A stretch of DNA of 51,594 nucleotides from a virus. Lineage: Duplodnaviria > Caudoviricetes. A model generated the notes under the pieces. It did not search any database. It saw nothing but the letters and a program-made list of their open reading frames with translations, and was not told the DNA's origin. The stretch lies in the IMG/VR virus record IMGVR_UViG_3300048834_000016, positions 1-51,594 of that record; one strand, 5' to 3'. A program made the translations under genes and the position numbers. Shown piece after piece: positions 27,032-36,149 of the stretch. How positions within the stretch are numbered: position 1 is the first letter of the stretch; each line of letters begins with the position of its first letter.

Positions 27032-27721
27032 ATGGCACTAAACATTAAGAAAGTTTCTAATAACAACAAGGCTCGTGTTGAACAAAAGAATATTGAACCT
27101 GGAACCTATCCTGGTCGTCTTGTTCAGATTATTGATATGGGCTTGCAAGCTCAACGTGCTTTCCAAGGGAAGGACAAGCCTCCTGCACAAGAGGTGATGC
27201 TTACGTATGAGCTTGTTGATGAGTTTATGAAGGACGAGAAGGGGATTGATATTATTGATAAGCCTCGCTGGATTAGTGAAACACTCCCTTTCTATGGACT
27301 CCATGCAGACAAGGCTAAGAGCACTCAGCGTTATTTAGCTCTCGATCCTAAGCAGGAGTTTGAAGGTGACTTCTCTCGTACTATTGACACCCCTGTTAAC
27401 GTAACTATTGTTAACAACATCTCTGGTGAGAAGGTGTATGACAATATTGCAACCATCTCTACTATGCGTCCTCGTGATGCTCAGAGCTGTCCAGAGCTAG
27501 TTAACAACCCCAAGGTGTTTGACTTGGACAATCCTGATATGGAAGTGTTTAATGCCCTTCCTGAGTGGATTCAAACTAAGATTAAGGGTAATCTGAAATA
27601 TGAAGGTAGTACGCTTCAGAAGCTGGCTAGTGGGACGAAGGAGGAAAGTCCAAAAACTCCTGAGCCTGAAATCCAGGACGATGAAGGTCAACCAGCTAAA
27701 GATGACAATGCTCCCTACTGA
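27032..27721 (+). CDS. Probable ssDNA-binding replication protein
   Basis: PGTYPGRLVQIIDMG motif; acidic tail ending in an aromatic residue (DDNAPY); between polymerase and exonuclease. Confidence 0.6.
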   Translation: MALNIKKVSNNNKARVEQKNIEPGTYPGRLVQIIDMGLQAQRAFQGKDKPPAQEVMLTYELVDEFMKDEKGIDIIDKPRWISETLPFYGLHADKAKSTQRYLALDPKQEFEGDFSRTIDTPVNVTIVNNISGEKVYDNIATISTMRPRDAQSCPELVNNPKVFDLDNPDMEVFNALPEWIQTKIKGNLKYEGSTLQKLASGTKEESPKTPEPEIQDDEGQPAKDDNAPY

Positions 27722-28596
27722 TGCAGCCTCTAATCGACGCTGATGTGTTGAGGTATGAAATTGGATTTGCTGCTGAAGCGGGATGGCAATCTCCTGGATT
27801 TCCATCATTTGACTATGTAGCAGAGCTTCTAGATAACAAAATTAGGAACATATGTGCCGTGGTAGGAGCTACGGCACCTCCTATCTTGTATCTAACTGGT
27901 AAGTCTAATTTCAGATATGCTATTGCCACACGTACCCCTTACAAGGAACGTGTTGGTAATAAGCCTTGGCACTATAAAAACTTAACAGCTTATATGAAGG
28001 CTGTCTATGACGTTCGTATGCAAGAGGGCTTGGAAGCGGACGATCTAATGTCAATTGAGCAAACTAGAAGGGAGAGACTTCTTAATGGAAACCCTTTATA
28101 CTCAGGTCCAACAGTACGAAGCATCATCTGTACAAGAGATAAGGATTTGTTTAATTTTCCTGGATGGAAATACTCTTGGGAACTAGGTAATCAGGTTGAG
28201 AGAGGACCCTTATATGTAGATGAAATAGGCTCTATATTCCTATCTGCTGACAATAAGAAATTATCTGGATATGGTGGTTTATTTTTCTATGCACAATGTC
28301 TAATGGGGGATTCCGTAGATTCTATACCCGGACTCCCTAAATGTGGACCTAAGAAGTCTTATGATGCATTATTTGGAATAACACGGATAAAAGATGCCTA
28401 TAATCAGGTTTTAGGTATGTATAAGGAAGCTTTCAATGAGGATGCTGAAAAAGAACTCACAGAGCAAGCTAGACTGCTTCATATGACACGTTATGTTGAA
28501 GGCCGTAAAATAGAGTTATGGGTGCCACCTGAAGTTGATTATAAGGATATGTATGACATTGACACAGGGACGATTGAAAGAACTCCTCTCTTATAA
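27721..28596 (+). CDS. 5'-3' exonuclease (T7 gp6-like)
   Basis: IDAD, NFR, LEADD, DKDL and MGDSVDSIPG motifs. Confidence 0.88.
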   Translation: MQPLIDADVLRYEIGFAAEAGWQSPGFPSFDYVAELLDNKIRNICAVVGATAPPILYLTGKSNFRYAIATRTPYKERVGNKPWHYKNLTAYMKAVYDVRMQEGLEADDLMSIEQTRRERLLNGNPLYSGPTVRSIICTRDKDLFNFPGWKYSWELGNQVERGPLYVDEIGSIFLSADNKKLSGYGGLFFYAQCLMGDSVDSIPGLPKCGPKKSYDALFGITRIKDAYNQVLGMYKEAFNEDAEKELTEQARLLHMTRYVEGRKIELWVPPEVDYKDMYDIDTGTIERTPLL

Positions 28597-29041
28597 TAAA
28601 GAGACAGGGGAGTTTATTAGGATTAAAAATGTAGGGAGCAGGAAAGAAGGAGAGAGTCCTGGATATTATATTTCAGGGTATTTATATATTTGTATTGATT
28701 GTAAATCGTATCCAGCACATAGGTTAGCATTCTTATATGAGAATGGGGAATATCCAGATAGTGATGTAGATCATATAAACATGGTTCGTAATGACAATCG
28801 TTTTGTAAATCTACGCATTGCTACTAGACGTCAAAATATGCTGAATACCTCCAGTCATAAAGATTCAAATACAGGTATTAAAAATGTTTTCTATAGAAAA
28901 GATACTGATATGTACTGTGTTAGAGCTACAGTAAATGGAAGATATAGGAGTTTTGGATGCTTTAAAGATAAAGAACTTGCTGAATTAGTTTCAATTTATA
29001 TTAGGGAGAAATATCACGGAGAATATGCCAGACATTCCTAA
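28553..29041 (+). CDS. HNH homing endonuclease with AP2-like C-terminus
   Basis: AHRLAF...VDHINMVRNDNRFVNLR...N motif. Confidence 0.85.
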   Translation: MTLTQGRLKELLSYNKETGEFIRIKNVGSRKEGESPGYYISGYLYICIDCKSYPAHRLAFLYENGEYPDSDVDHINMVRNDNRFVNLRIATRRQNMLNTSSHKDSNTGIKNVFYRKDTDMYCVRATVNGRYRSFGCFKDKELAELVSIYIREKYHGEYARHS

Positions 29042-29420
29042 AAGATACAATAATGGAGAATGGACACAAGCACGAATGAATTCATTCATAAAGAGTGCAT
29101 TACGTAGTGCTAGTCAGAGATGGCCTCCTAAATACAAAGTGTTATCTGATTCATATAGGCTTACTAAGATTAACGAGAAAACTGGTCGTATGGCCAAGCA
29201 TTACGAATGTAATCGTTGTAAGGAATTATTTCCTTTAAAAGATGTAGAAGTTAATCATATCATTCCTATAGTTCCAATTAGCGGGTTTGATAATTGGGAC
29301 GGAGTTATCCAGCGTCTATTCTGTGAGAAAGAAGGAATGGAAACATTGTGCAAACCTTGTCATAAAATAATTACAAAGGAAGAAAATGAATCAAGAGCAT
29401 CAAGAAAATCAAGCGAATGA
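29025..29420 (+). CDS. HNH-type zinc endonuclease (possible resolvase)
   Basis: CNRC...EVNHI...LCKPCH. Confidence 0.65.
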   Translation: MPDIPKRYNNGEWTQARMNSFIKSALRSASQRWPPKYKVLSDSYRLTKINEKTGRMAKHYECNRCKELFPLKDVEVNHIIPIVPISGFDNWDGVIQRLFCEKEGMETLCKPCHKIITKEENESRASRKSSE

Positions 29421-29658
29421 ATACAAGGGTTTTGGTTTGTTCAATGACATTGAAGACTATGAACTGAGGGCTCGTAATCGAGCAGTGGTTCTAAGTAATA
29501 TGGCTGAAGACTATACTAATAAAACGAAAAAGATTAATGCTAAAGGTGCTTCTCTTATTCTAGGATATTTTATGCAGATTCCTTTGGAAGAGCGTAATAT
29601 TGTTAAAGAGAAGTTTGCTGAAACTATGTTATCGAAGGGGTATATCCTTGCAGCCTAA
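29386..29658 (+). CDS. Hypothetical protein
   Basis: 90 aa with AAGGA RBS. Confidence 0.65.
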   Translation: MNQEHQENQANEYKGFGLFNDIEDYELRARNRAVVLSNMAEDYTNKTKKINAKGASLILGYFMQIPLEERNIVKEKFAETMLSKGYILAA

Positions 29659-29953
29659 GAGCTTAGATGCAGCTTACGAGAGAAAGGCTCTACAGGAGGG
29701 ATGGAAATTTTCTCCTGTATTCCCTGAGAATATGGAGTGGGGAGAACCTCCTCCAATTCCTAATAACAAGCCCAGCATCCACGACTTAGTGATTGAGGAT
29801 ATGCATAGTCGTAAAGAGATGGGTTTGAAGAAATATGGAACTATTCTTCAAGCAGATAATGGTCGTAATGCGTTAAAGGATGCATACGAAGAAGTGCTAG
29901 ACCTTGCTATGTATCTGAAACAAAAACTGGAGGAAGAACGTGAAGCAAAGTGA
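29648..29953 (+). CDS. Hypothetical phage protein
   Basis: TTG start after AAGGGG; GLKKYG...AYEEVLDLAMYL motif. Confidence 0.65.
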   Translation: MQPKSLDAAYERKALQEGWKFSPVFPENMEWGEPPPIPNNKPSIHDLVIEDMHSRKEMGLKKYGTILQADNGRNALKDAYEEVLDLAMYLKQKLEEEREAK

Positions 29954-30680
29954 TATTGGAGTAACACTAATTGACCACATGGGCACGGACCTATCCGTTG
30001 TAAATGCAGCACGAGTTAGTTTTCATAAGGAATCTGAATGGGGAACTCATGAAGTTTATGATGATGGATTCACAGAGTATGCTATTAGGGGGATTCTTAA
30101 ACCATCAGATGTAAAACTGATTAAATATCTCGCCAAGCATAAGCACTTCTCTCCTTTCAATCACAGCTTCATCACTATGCGTGTTAAGGCTCCTATTTTC
30201 GTTGCTAGACAGCTTGTTAAACACAAATTCCTTCCGTGGAATGAGGTGAGTAGGCGTTATGTAGATGAGGAGCCTGAATTCTATTATCCTGGTTATAACA
30301 AATTTAGACTTAAGGCAGATAATGTAAAACAAGGCAGTAGTGAAGAGCTGACGGACGAACCATCAATTGTCTTATCTTATCAGCAAGATACATGGTACTC
30401 TAACGATGAGTTTAATTTTGAAGATATGTGTGACGCAGCTCTGAAATACTACCAAGCAATGCTACATAAGGGAATCTGTGCTGAACAAGCACGTATGATT
30501 CTTCCTCAAAACATGATGACCGAATGGATTTGGAGCGGAACTCTCGGTGCGTGGTGTGATATGCTCAGGCTCCGACTGGACCCACATACTCAATATGAAT
30601 CACGTATTGTAGCTCAAAAGGCTCGTGCATTGATTGAACCTATTTTCCCTGTTTCTGTAAAGGCCCTACTTGATGACTAA
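29940..30680 (+). CDS. thyX: Flavin-dependent thymidylate synthase
   Basis: AARVS, HFSPF, RQLVKH...NEVSRRY, EQARMILP and HTQYE motifs. Confidence 0.92.
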   Translation: MKQSDIGVTLIDHMGTDLSVVNAARVSFHKESEWGTHEVYDDGFTEYAIRGILKPSDVKLIKYLAKHKHFSPFNHSFITMRVKAPIFVARQLVKHKFLPWNEVSRRYVDEEPEFYYPGYNKFRLKADNVKQGSSEELTDEPSIVLSYQQDTWYSNDEFNFEDMCDAALKYYQAMLHKGICAEQARMILPQNMMTEWIWSGTLGAWCDMLRLRLDPHTQYESRIVAQKARALIEPIFPVSVKALLDD

Positions 30681-31437
30681 ACACTTCGTCCTACCTGATG
30701 TACAAGCCCGTCCTGGAGACGATTTCACTTTCCTTCGTAAGATTGGACAATACATTGCTGATAAACAGCCAGATGTTATTGTCTGTCTAGGGGATTTTGC
30801 AGACATGCCGTCTCTAAGTTCCTATGACATAGGTAAGAGGCAATATGAAGGAAGGCGCTATCATCTTGATAAGCAAATTACTATTGAGGCAATGTCATCT
30901 TTAATGAGGCCAATTGATGCCCTACAGCGTTCACAACGTCGTAATAAAAAGAAGGTGTATACCCCACGAATGGTACTAACTCTTGGTAATCATGAGAATC
31001 GTATCAATCGTGCTGTAGATAATGACCCTAAGTTGGAAGGACTTATTAGTGTTGATGATCTTGGATATTCTGGTTTTGACTGGGAAGTATTTCCTTTTCT
31101 GGATGTTGTGGTTATTGATGATATTGCTTATAGTCATTACTTTCCCACTGGTATTGCTGGACGACCTGCTACTACGGCCAATGCGCAATTGGGTAAGAGG
31201 CACATGTCGTGCGTTGCGGGTCACCAACAAGGACTCCAGATTGCTACAGCACATCGTGCGGATGGTAGGCGACTGACAGGTATTATTGCTGGGAGCTGTT
31301 ATGAACACAATGAAGACTACCTTGGACCTCAAGGGAACAAGCATTGGAGAGGCTGCCTAATGTTCCATGAGGTTAATGATGGTCAATTTGATCTCATGCC
31401 AATTTCTCTTGATTATTTAAATAAACGATACGAATGA
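30673..31437 (+). CDS. Calcineurin-like metallophosphoesterase
   Basis: PDVQ, LGDFAD, GNHE and GHQ motifs. Confidence 0.8.
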   Translation: MTKHFVLPDVQARPGDDFTFLRKIGQYIADKQPDVIVCLGDFADMPSLSSYDIGKRQYEGRRYHLDKQITIEAMSSLMRPIDALQRSQRRNKKKVYTPRMVLTLGNHENRINRAVDNDPKLEGLISVDDLGYSGFDWEVFPFLDVVVIDDIAYSHYFPTGIAGRPATTANAQLGKRHMSCVAGHQQGLQIATAHRADGRRLTGIIAGSCYEHNEDYLGPQGNKHWRGCLMFHEVNDGQFDLMPISLDYLNKRYE

Positions 31438-31751
31438 TTCATACACTAAACGATTACCAAGCTAAAGCACTCTCTTTCCGTCTTCCCTCTGCAACATCAG
31501 ACTATGCTCTCTTTAATCTCTCTGGAGAGGTGGGAGAGCTTCATTCTCTTATAGCTAAAGCTATTAGAGATGGTGCTAAGTTTGATTTTGAGCTACAGGT
31601 AAAGAAGGAGCTAGGAGATGTGCTGTGGTGTCTAGCTGCTGTTGCGGCTGACTATGGTTTCACTCTTTCTGACATTGCTAATAGTAATATTTTAAAACTA
31701 GAAAGTCGTTCTAATCGAGGAGTCCTGTCTGGTAGCGGTGATAATCGATAA
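31434..31751 (+). CDS. mazG: MazG-like nucleotide pyrophosphohydrolase
   Basis: GEVGE...KELGDVLW...GSGDNR motifs. Confidence 0.8.
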   Translation: MIHTLNDYQAKALSFRLPSATSDYALFNLSGEVGELHSLIAKAIRDGAKFDFELQVKKELGDVLWCLAAVAADYGFTLSDIANSNILKLESRSNRGVLSGSGDNR

Positions 31752-31766
31752 TTATAAAGGAAATTA

Positions 31767-32849
31767 ATGGAACAGAATATTCAATCTCTTCGCTCTCAAC
31801 TCTTGATGCGACGAACATATAATCGTACTAAGAATCAAGATGGTACAATATTTGAATCCTTCGAGGAAACAGTGAATCGTGTAATTGACCATCAAGGCTG
31901 GTTGTGGACACGTTCAAACAATAAGCCGCTTGATAACGCACAGAAAGAAGAACTACGTGAATTACGACAGCTCATGCTCGAACGGAAAGTGCTCATGTCG
32001 GGACGTACACTCTGGTTGGGAGGTACTGAAGTTGCTAAGCGACGGGAGGCATCTCAATTCAACTGCTCGTACACTAACGTGGAAACAGTGTATGATGTTG
32101 TGGACATATTGTGGCTCCTTATGCAAGGTTGCGGTGTTGGCTTCCGTCCTATCGTTGGTCAACTTACTGGCTTCCAAAATCCGATCAAAGAACTAGAAAT
32201 TATTCGTTCTTCTCGTACATCTAAGGACGGTGCTCAGAATAATACTGAGATGTATGATCCTTCCACTGGTGTTTGGACAATTCAAATTGGAGATAGTGCA
32301 GAAGCTTGGAGTAAGAGCATTGGTAAGCTGATGGCTCATAAGTATCCTGCTTCTAAGCTGGTTCTAGACTTCTCTCAGATTCGTCCAGCGGGGGAGCGTC
32401 TTAAGGGGTATGGATGGATTTCTTCTGGAGACGCTTCCTTAGCAAAGGCATATGAGAACATTTATAGAATTCTTAATCGCAGGGCTGGCAGCCTTCTTAG
32501 TCGTATTGATCTTCTTGATATTGTCAATTGGCTCGGTACTGTACTCTCTTCTCGTAGGTCTGCTGAGATTGCGCTATTTGAATACGGAGAGGATGAATGG
32601 CCGGAATTCACGGTAGCTAAGAAAGGTATTCATAAAGATAATAATGTACAACGTTTCCAAAGTAACAATAGCTTGCTGTTTAAGCATAAGCCCTCCAAGC
32701 AAGAATTGGAACACATTCTTCAACTCGTGGTTGATTCAGGTGGCTCTGAACCCGGATTTATTAATGGAGCAGCAGCCGTTAAGCGTGCTCCTTGGTTTAA
32801 GGGAGTCAATCCGTGTGCCGAAATTCTACTCGGTAACAAAAGTTTCTGT
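31767..32849 (+). CDS. nrdJ: Class II (B12-dependent) ribonucleotide reductase, exon 1
   Basis: RTYNR, FNC, GCGVGF, RRSAEI, SNNS and NPCAEI motifs; ends at ...NKSFC. Confidence 0.88.
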
Positions 32850-33620
32850 CTGAGTGGCAGCATTACAGAGTAATCTGTATTGAAAACTTCTCTAAAAACG
32901 GTGAACCTCTCTAATTGAGACAATACCGTGCTAATTCCTTAAGGAACTGTGTAACGACTATGGATAAAAAAGAAATCACTAAGAAAATGGCATTTCTCTG
33001 CATGTCTGATGCAGGGTTGACAATGCATAAAGGTTGTATTAATGCGTCATTCCACCTTACCATGTGTAAGGAGAATAATGATATGGCGGATTATGCAAAA
33101 GCTCTCCTAGATGAGTTAAAAATTGGGTATCGTTATCACGAGTGTGATAAATACTTCCACCTTAACAGTAAGGTACACCCCTTCCTAACTGTGTTGTGGG
33201 AACGTATCTATCAAGATGGAAGACGCGTTCCTAGTCCACACGATTTTAAACTGTTGGATTGGGAAGCTGTTGCTGTTATGTATATGTGTGATGGTAATAT
33301 ACAGAGGGCAGGTAAACGATGGTATCCAATGATTAATATGTGTAAGTGGTCTTATGCTGAACTGTGTTGGGTAAAACATCAGTTTAAAGAGAAGATCGGA
33401 TTAGACATAAACATCTATAAGTGTGGTAAGTATTGGCGTGTAGGTGTTCCTGCGCACCATTGCGATATGTTTTTCGAAAACATTAAACCATATATGCTTA
33501 AGAGCTTTGATTATAAAATGGCATCCGTACGAGAAGCCCCTTAAAGGGTGGTGATATAGTCTGTTCTATATGGTGACATATAGAGATAAGTAGAAATAGC
33601 TTATCCTTGTAACAATAAAG
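32850..33620 (+). mobile_element. Group I intron in nrdJ
   Basis: P1 CTGT|C pairs with GGCAG (U.G at the splice site); AACGACT and GATATAGTC form P7; terminal G at 33620; splicing restores FC|NLSEV in frame. Confidence 0.88.
32960..33544 (+). CDS. Intron-encoded LAGLIDADG homing endonuclease
   Basis: Two degenerate motifs MAFLCMSDAGL and VAVMYMCDGNI; ATG directly after the P7 5' strand. Confidence 0.8.
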   Translation: MDKKEITKKMAFLCMSDAGLTMHKGCINASFHLTMCKENNDMADYAKALLDELKIGYRYHECDKYFHLNSKVHPFLTVLWERIYQDGRRVPSPHDFKLLDWEAVAVMYMCDGNIQRAGKRWYPMINMCKWSYAELCWVKHQFKEKIGLDINIYKCGKYWRVGVPAHHCDMFFENIKPYMLKSFDYKMASVREAP

Positions 33621-34523
33621 AACTTAAGTGAGGTTGATGTTGCAAAATTCCGTGGAGATTCTGCTGGACTCCGCCGAGCTATCCACTTGGCTGCTAGGGC
33701 GAACTATCGACAAACTTGTGTTAATCTTCGCGACGGCATTCTGCAAGAGGCATGGCATCTCAATAACGAGTTTCTTCGACTCTGTGGAGTGGGGCTTACA
33801 GGTATCGTCAGACGGCCAGACCTCTCTCCTTACGATTACACCGAGCTACAACGAACAGCTACAGCCGGAGCTTATTCAATGGCTGACGAATTTGGGACTC
33901 CGCGTCCTAAGAACGTCACCACCATTAAGCCCTCTGGAACCCTGAGTAAGATTATGGATACTACTGAGGGTGTTCATAAACCTCTTGGTAAATACATTTT
34001 CAACAATGTGAACTTTGGTAAGTTTGATCCTCTTGTGCCTCTGTGTCGTGCAGCAGGTTATAAGGTGGTTGATAATCCAAATGATCCAGAAGCAGTTCTT
34101 ATCACGTTTCCTGTTAAGTGGGAGGATGTTCCATTCGATAAGATTGTTAAGAACAATCAAGAGATGGAAGTTAATCTTGAGAGTGCAATCTCTCAATTGG
34201 AACGATACAAGATGTTGATGGAGAATTGGTGTCAACAGAATGTATCTGCAACTATTAGTTATTCAAAGGAAGAAGTAAATGGCATTGTGGAGTGGCTTTA
34301 TCATAATTGGGATAGTTATGTCGGAGTATCTTTCCTGTTTCGGACTGATCCCACTAAATCTGCTAAAGACCTCGGATACGACTACCTCCCCCAAGAAGTA
34401 GTTACTAGGGAGGTTTATGAAGCTTACGCAGCTAATATTCAGCCTATCGACCTAGAAGCATCTAACGATATTGATGCTCCTCTGGAAGATGATTGTACAA
34501 CGGGCTCTTGCCCTATTCGTTAA
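33621..34523 (+). CDS. nrdJ: Class II ribonucleotide reductase, exon 2
   Basis: NLSEVD..., GVGLTG, TTIKPSGT, C-terminal CTTGSCPIR. Confidence 0.88.
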   Translation, partial: NLSEVDVAKFRGDSAGLRRAIHLAARANYRQTCVNLRDGILQEAWHLNNEFLRLCGVGLTGIVRRPDLSPYDYTELQRTATAGAYSMADEFGTPRPKNVTTIKPSGTLSKIMDTTEGVHKPLGKYIFNNVNFGKFDPLVPLCRAAGYKVVDNPNDPEAVLITFPVKWEDVPFDKIVKNNQEMEVNLESAISQLERYKMLMENWCQQNVSATISYSKEEVNGIVEWLYHNWDSYVGVSFLFRTDPTKSAKDLGYDYLPQEVVTREVYEAYAANIQPIDLEASNDIDAPLEDDCTTGSCPIR

Positions 34524-34532
34524 GAAAGAAAG

Positions 34533-34715
34533 ATGAAACGAGTATTCACTACGCCTTCGTGTAAGGCATGTAAATTGCTTATTAAAGAATATGAACTTGA
34601 AGGTATGCTTGAAGGTCAAGACTTCGAGAAGATAGAGATTGGTAAGGATATTACCATCGAAGAGTTTAAAGCTCTCTATCCTTCTGTTCGTTCTGTTCCC
34701 TACGTAGTGGAATAA
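34533..34715 (+). CDS. Glutaredoxin/NrdH-like redoxin
   Basis: CKAC active site and SVP motif, directly after RNR. Confidence 0.75.
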   Translation: MKRVFTTPSCKACKLLIKEYELEGMLEGQDFEKIEIGKDITIEEFKALYPSVRSVPYVVE

Positions 34716-34717
34716 GC

Positions 34718-34757
34718 AAAAGAAAAGCCCCGGTCCTGTTAAGGATACGGGGCTTAA
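34718..34757 (-). terminator. Terminator between convergent operons
   Basis: AAGCCCCG/CGGGGCTT stem; the A-tract gives a U-tail on the minus strand. Confidence 0.75.
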
Positions 34758-34760
34758 TAA

Positions 34761-35441
34761 TTAATGTTCGTAAGCTAGAATAATGTCTCTACACAGCTTA
34801 CTACGAACAATATCTTGTGGCATAAATTCAATCACTTCAATCTCTGGAATATATTTCAGTCGTTGAATAGTAGCATTCAATCCAGAGTCAGGAATATCTA
34901 CCTGCCTACTGTCTCCTGAGAAGATAACCTTCGTCCCCTCCCCAATACGGGTGAGGAGAAGCTTAAATTCCTTCTCTGTCATATTCTGACATTCATCGAC
35001 TAGCACGATGGCATTGTCAAACGTAGCACCTCTCATATAGCCTAGAGGCTTCGCTGCAATCTTCTCCCTCTTTTTAAGAAGTTCATAATGTGTCTTACCA
35101 AACACTCTGGTAAACACACCATCAAAAGGCTCCAGGTACGGAGCATATTTCTCCTCAAGCTCTCCAGGAAGAAACCCCATAGAGCGTGTAGCCTCCACAT
35201 TAGGGCGTGTAACAATAATCTGTTCAACTTCACGATAGAATAGCTTCTCTGCAGCGTACATAGCAGCTACATACGTCTTACCTGTTCCAGCACTCCCTAC
35301 ACCAAACACTACATCACTTCGTTCGATAGCCTCAAGATAAAGTTGTTGAGCTAGGTTCTTAGGCTCTACAGCTTCAAACCCTCTAATATATTCAACATTC
35401 TGATCTTGCACTTGCCGTTTACGTGCTAGTTTGCTTGCCAT
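34761..35441 (-). CDS. phoH: PhoH-like ATPase
   Basis: GSAGTGKT, GFLPG, YMRGATF, DECQN and GDSRQVD motifs. Confidence 0.92.
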   Translation of the reverse strand: MASKLARKRQVQDQNVEYIRGFEAVEPKNLAQQLYLEAIERSDVVFGVGSAGTGKTYVAAMYAAEKLFYREVEQIIVTRPNVEATRSMGFLPGELEEKYAPYLEPFDGVFTRVFGKTHYELLKKREKIAAKPLGYMRGATFDNAIVLVDECQNMTEKEFKLLLTRIGEGTKVIFSGDSRQVDIPDSGLNATIQRLKYIPEIEVIEFMPQDIVRSKLCRDIILAYEH

Positions 35442-35454
35442 TATATTCCTTTAG

Positions 35455-35730
35455 TTATTTCTTCTTTTTACGAGGATCGTGTTGATTCATTGCACGATTC
35501 TTACTTGCTGACATAACCTGGGTGTTTCCCTTTTTATTATTACGTGGATTGGAATCACGATGGTCAATATCTTTACCATCTCCTTTACGAACTTTTCCAT
35601 CTCGCATAGCTTCACTTCTAGCAGAATTCCTAGATGCCCTATCCTTCTTACTAGAGGGTTTGGAATTATACGCTCGTTGACGAATACTATCGGCTGTAGC
35701 GTTCTTTTTAAATTCACCTTTCTTTGGCAT
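35455..35730 (-). CDS. Small basic HNH-motif protein
   Basis: DIDHRDSNPRNN...SKNR. Confidence 0.65.
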   Translation of the reverse strand: MPKKGEFKKNATADSIRQRAYNSKPSSKKDRASRNSARSEAMRDGKVRKGDGKDIDHRDSNPRNNKKGNTQVMSASKNRAMNQHDPRKKKK

Positions 35731-36149
35731 TATTTACCTCCTCTCATCTTAACCAGTTTTACTCGCTCTTCTTCCAAAATTTTCCTAGCTTCTTTAGAAA
35801 GACCTTTACGTGAAAGTTCTTCATCCAACATTGCGAGATTAGCATCACTCTTTTCAAACATATCAGAACGAGCTTGTTCATCAGGAGAAAGAATACCTTG
35901 CCCTCTCATAGATTTTTCAGTAGGATAGAGGGGCTTATTAAGGGCCTCAGGAGGCTCAGGAAGGGGTGTTTTAGGAGAAGGAGCTACCTTACCATTGTCT
36001 GGCTTAAAGAACGTTCTAACCTCCTCAAATAGCATTTCCCATGGAGGCTTCTTTATAACTTCTTGTTTAGGTTCTTGAGGAGGAGGAACCGAAGATCCTC
36101 CGCTCTTAATCACCTCATCAACAGACATCTCCCAAGGCATCTTACTCAT
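35730..36149 (-). CDS. Hypothetical protein
   Basis: GGAG RBS before ATG at 36149; repeated PWEM motif. Confidence 0.65.
   Translation of the reverse strand: MSKMPWEMSVDEVIKSGGSSVPPPQEPKQEVIKKPPWEMLFEEVRTFFKPDNGKVAPSPKTPLPEPPEALNKPLYPTEKSMRGQGILSPDEQARSDMFEKSDANLAMLDEELSRKGLSKEARKILEEERVKLVKMRGGK

Noticed and set aside
31767-34523. RNR pseudogene or naturally split two-subunit RNR
   Set aside because: Group I intron signals and exact in-frame restoration explain the break
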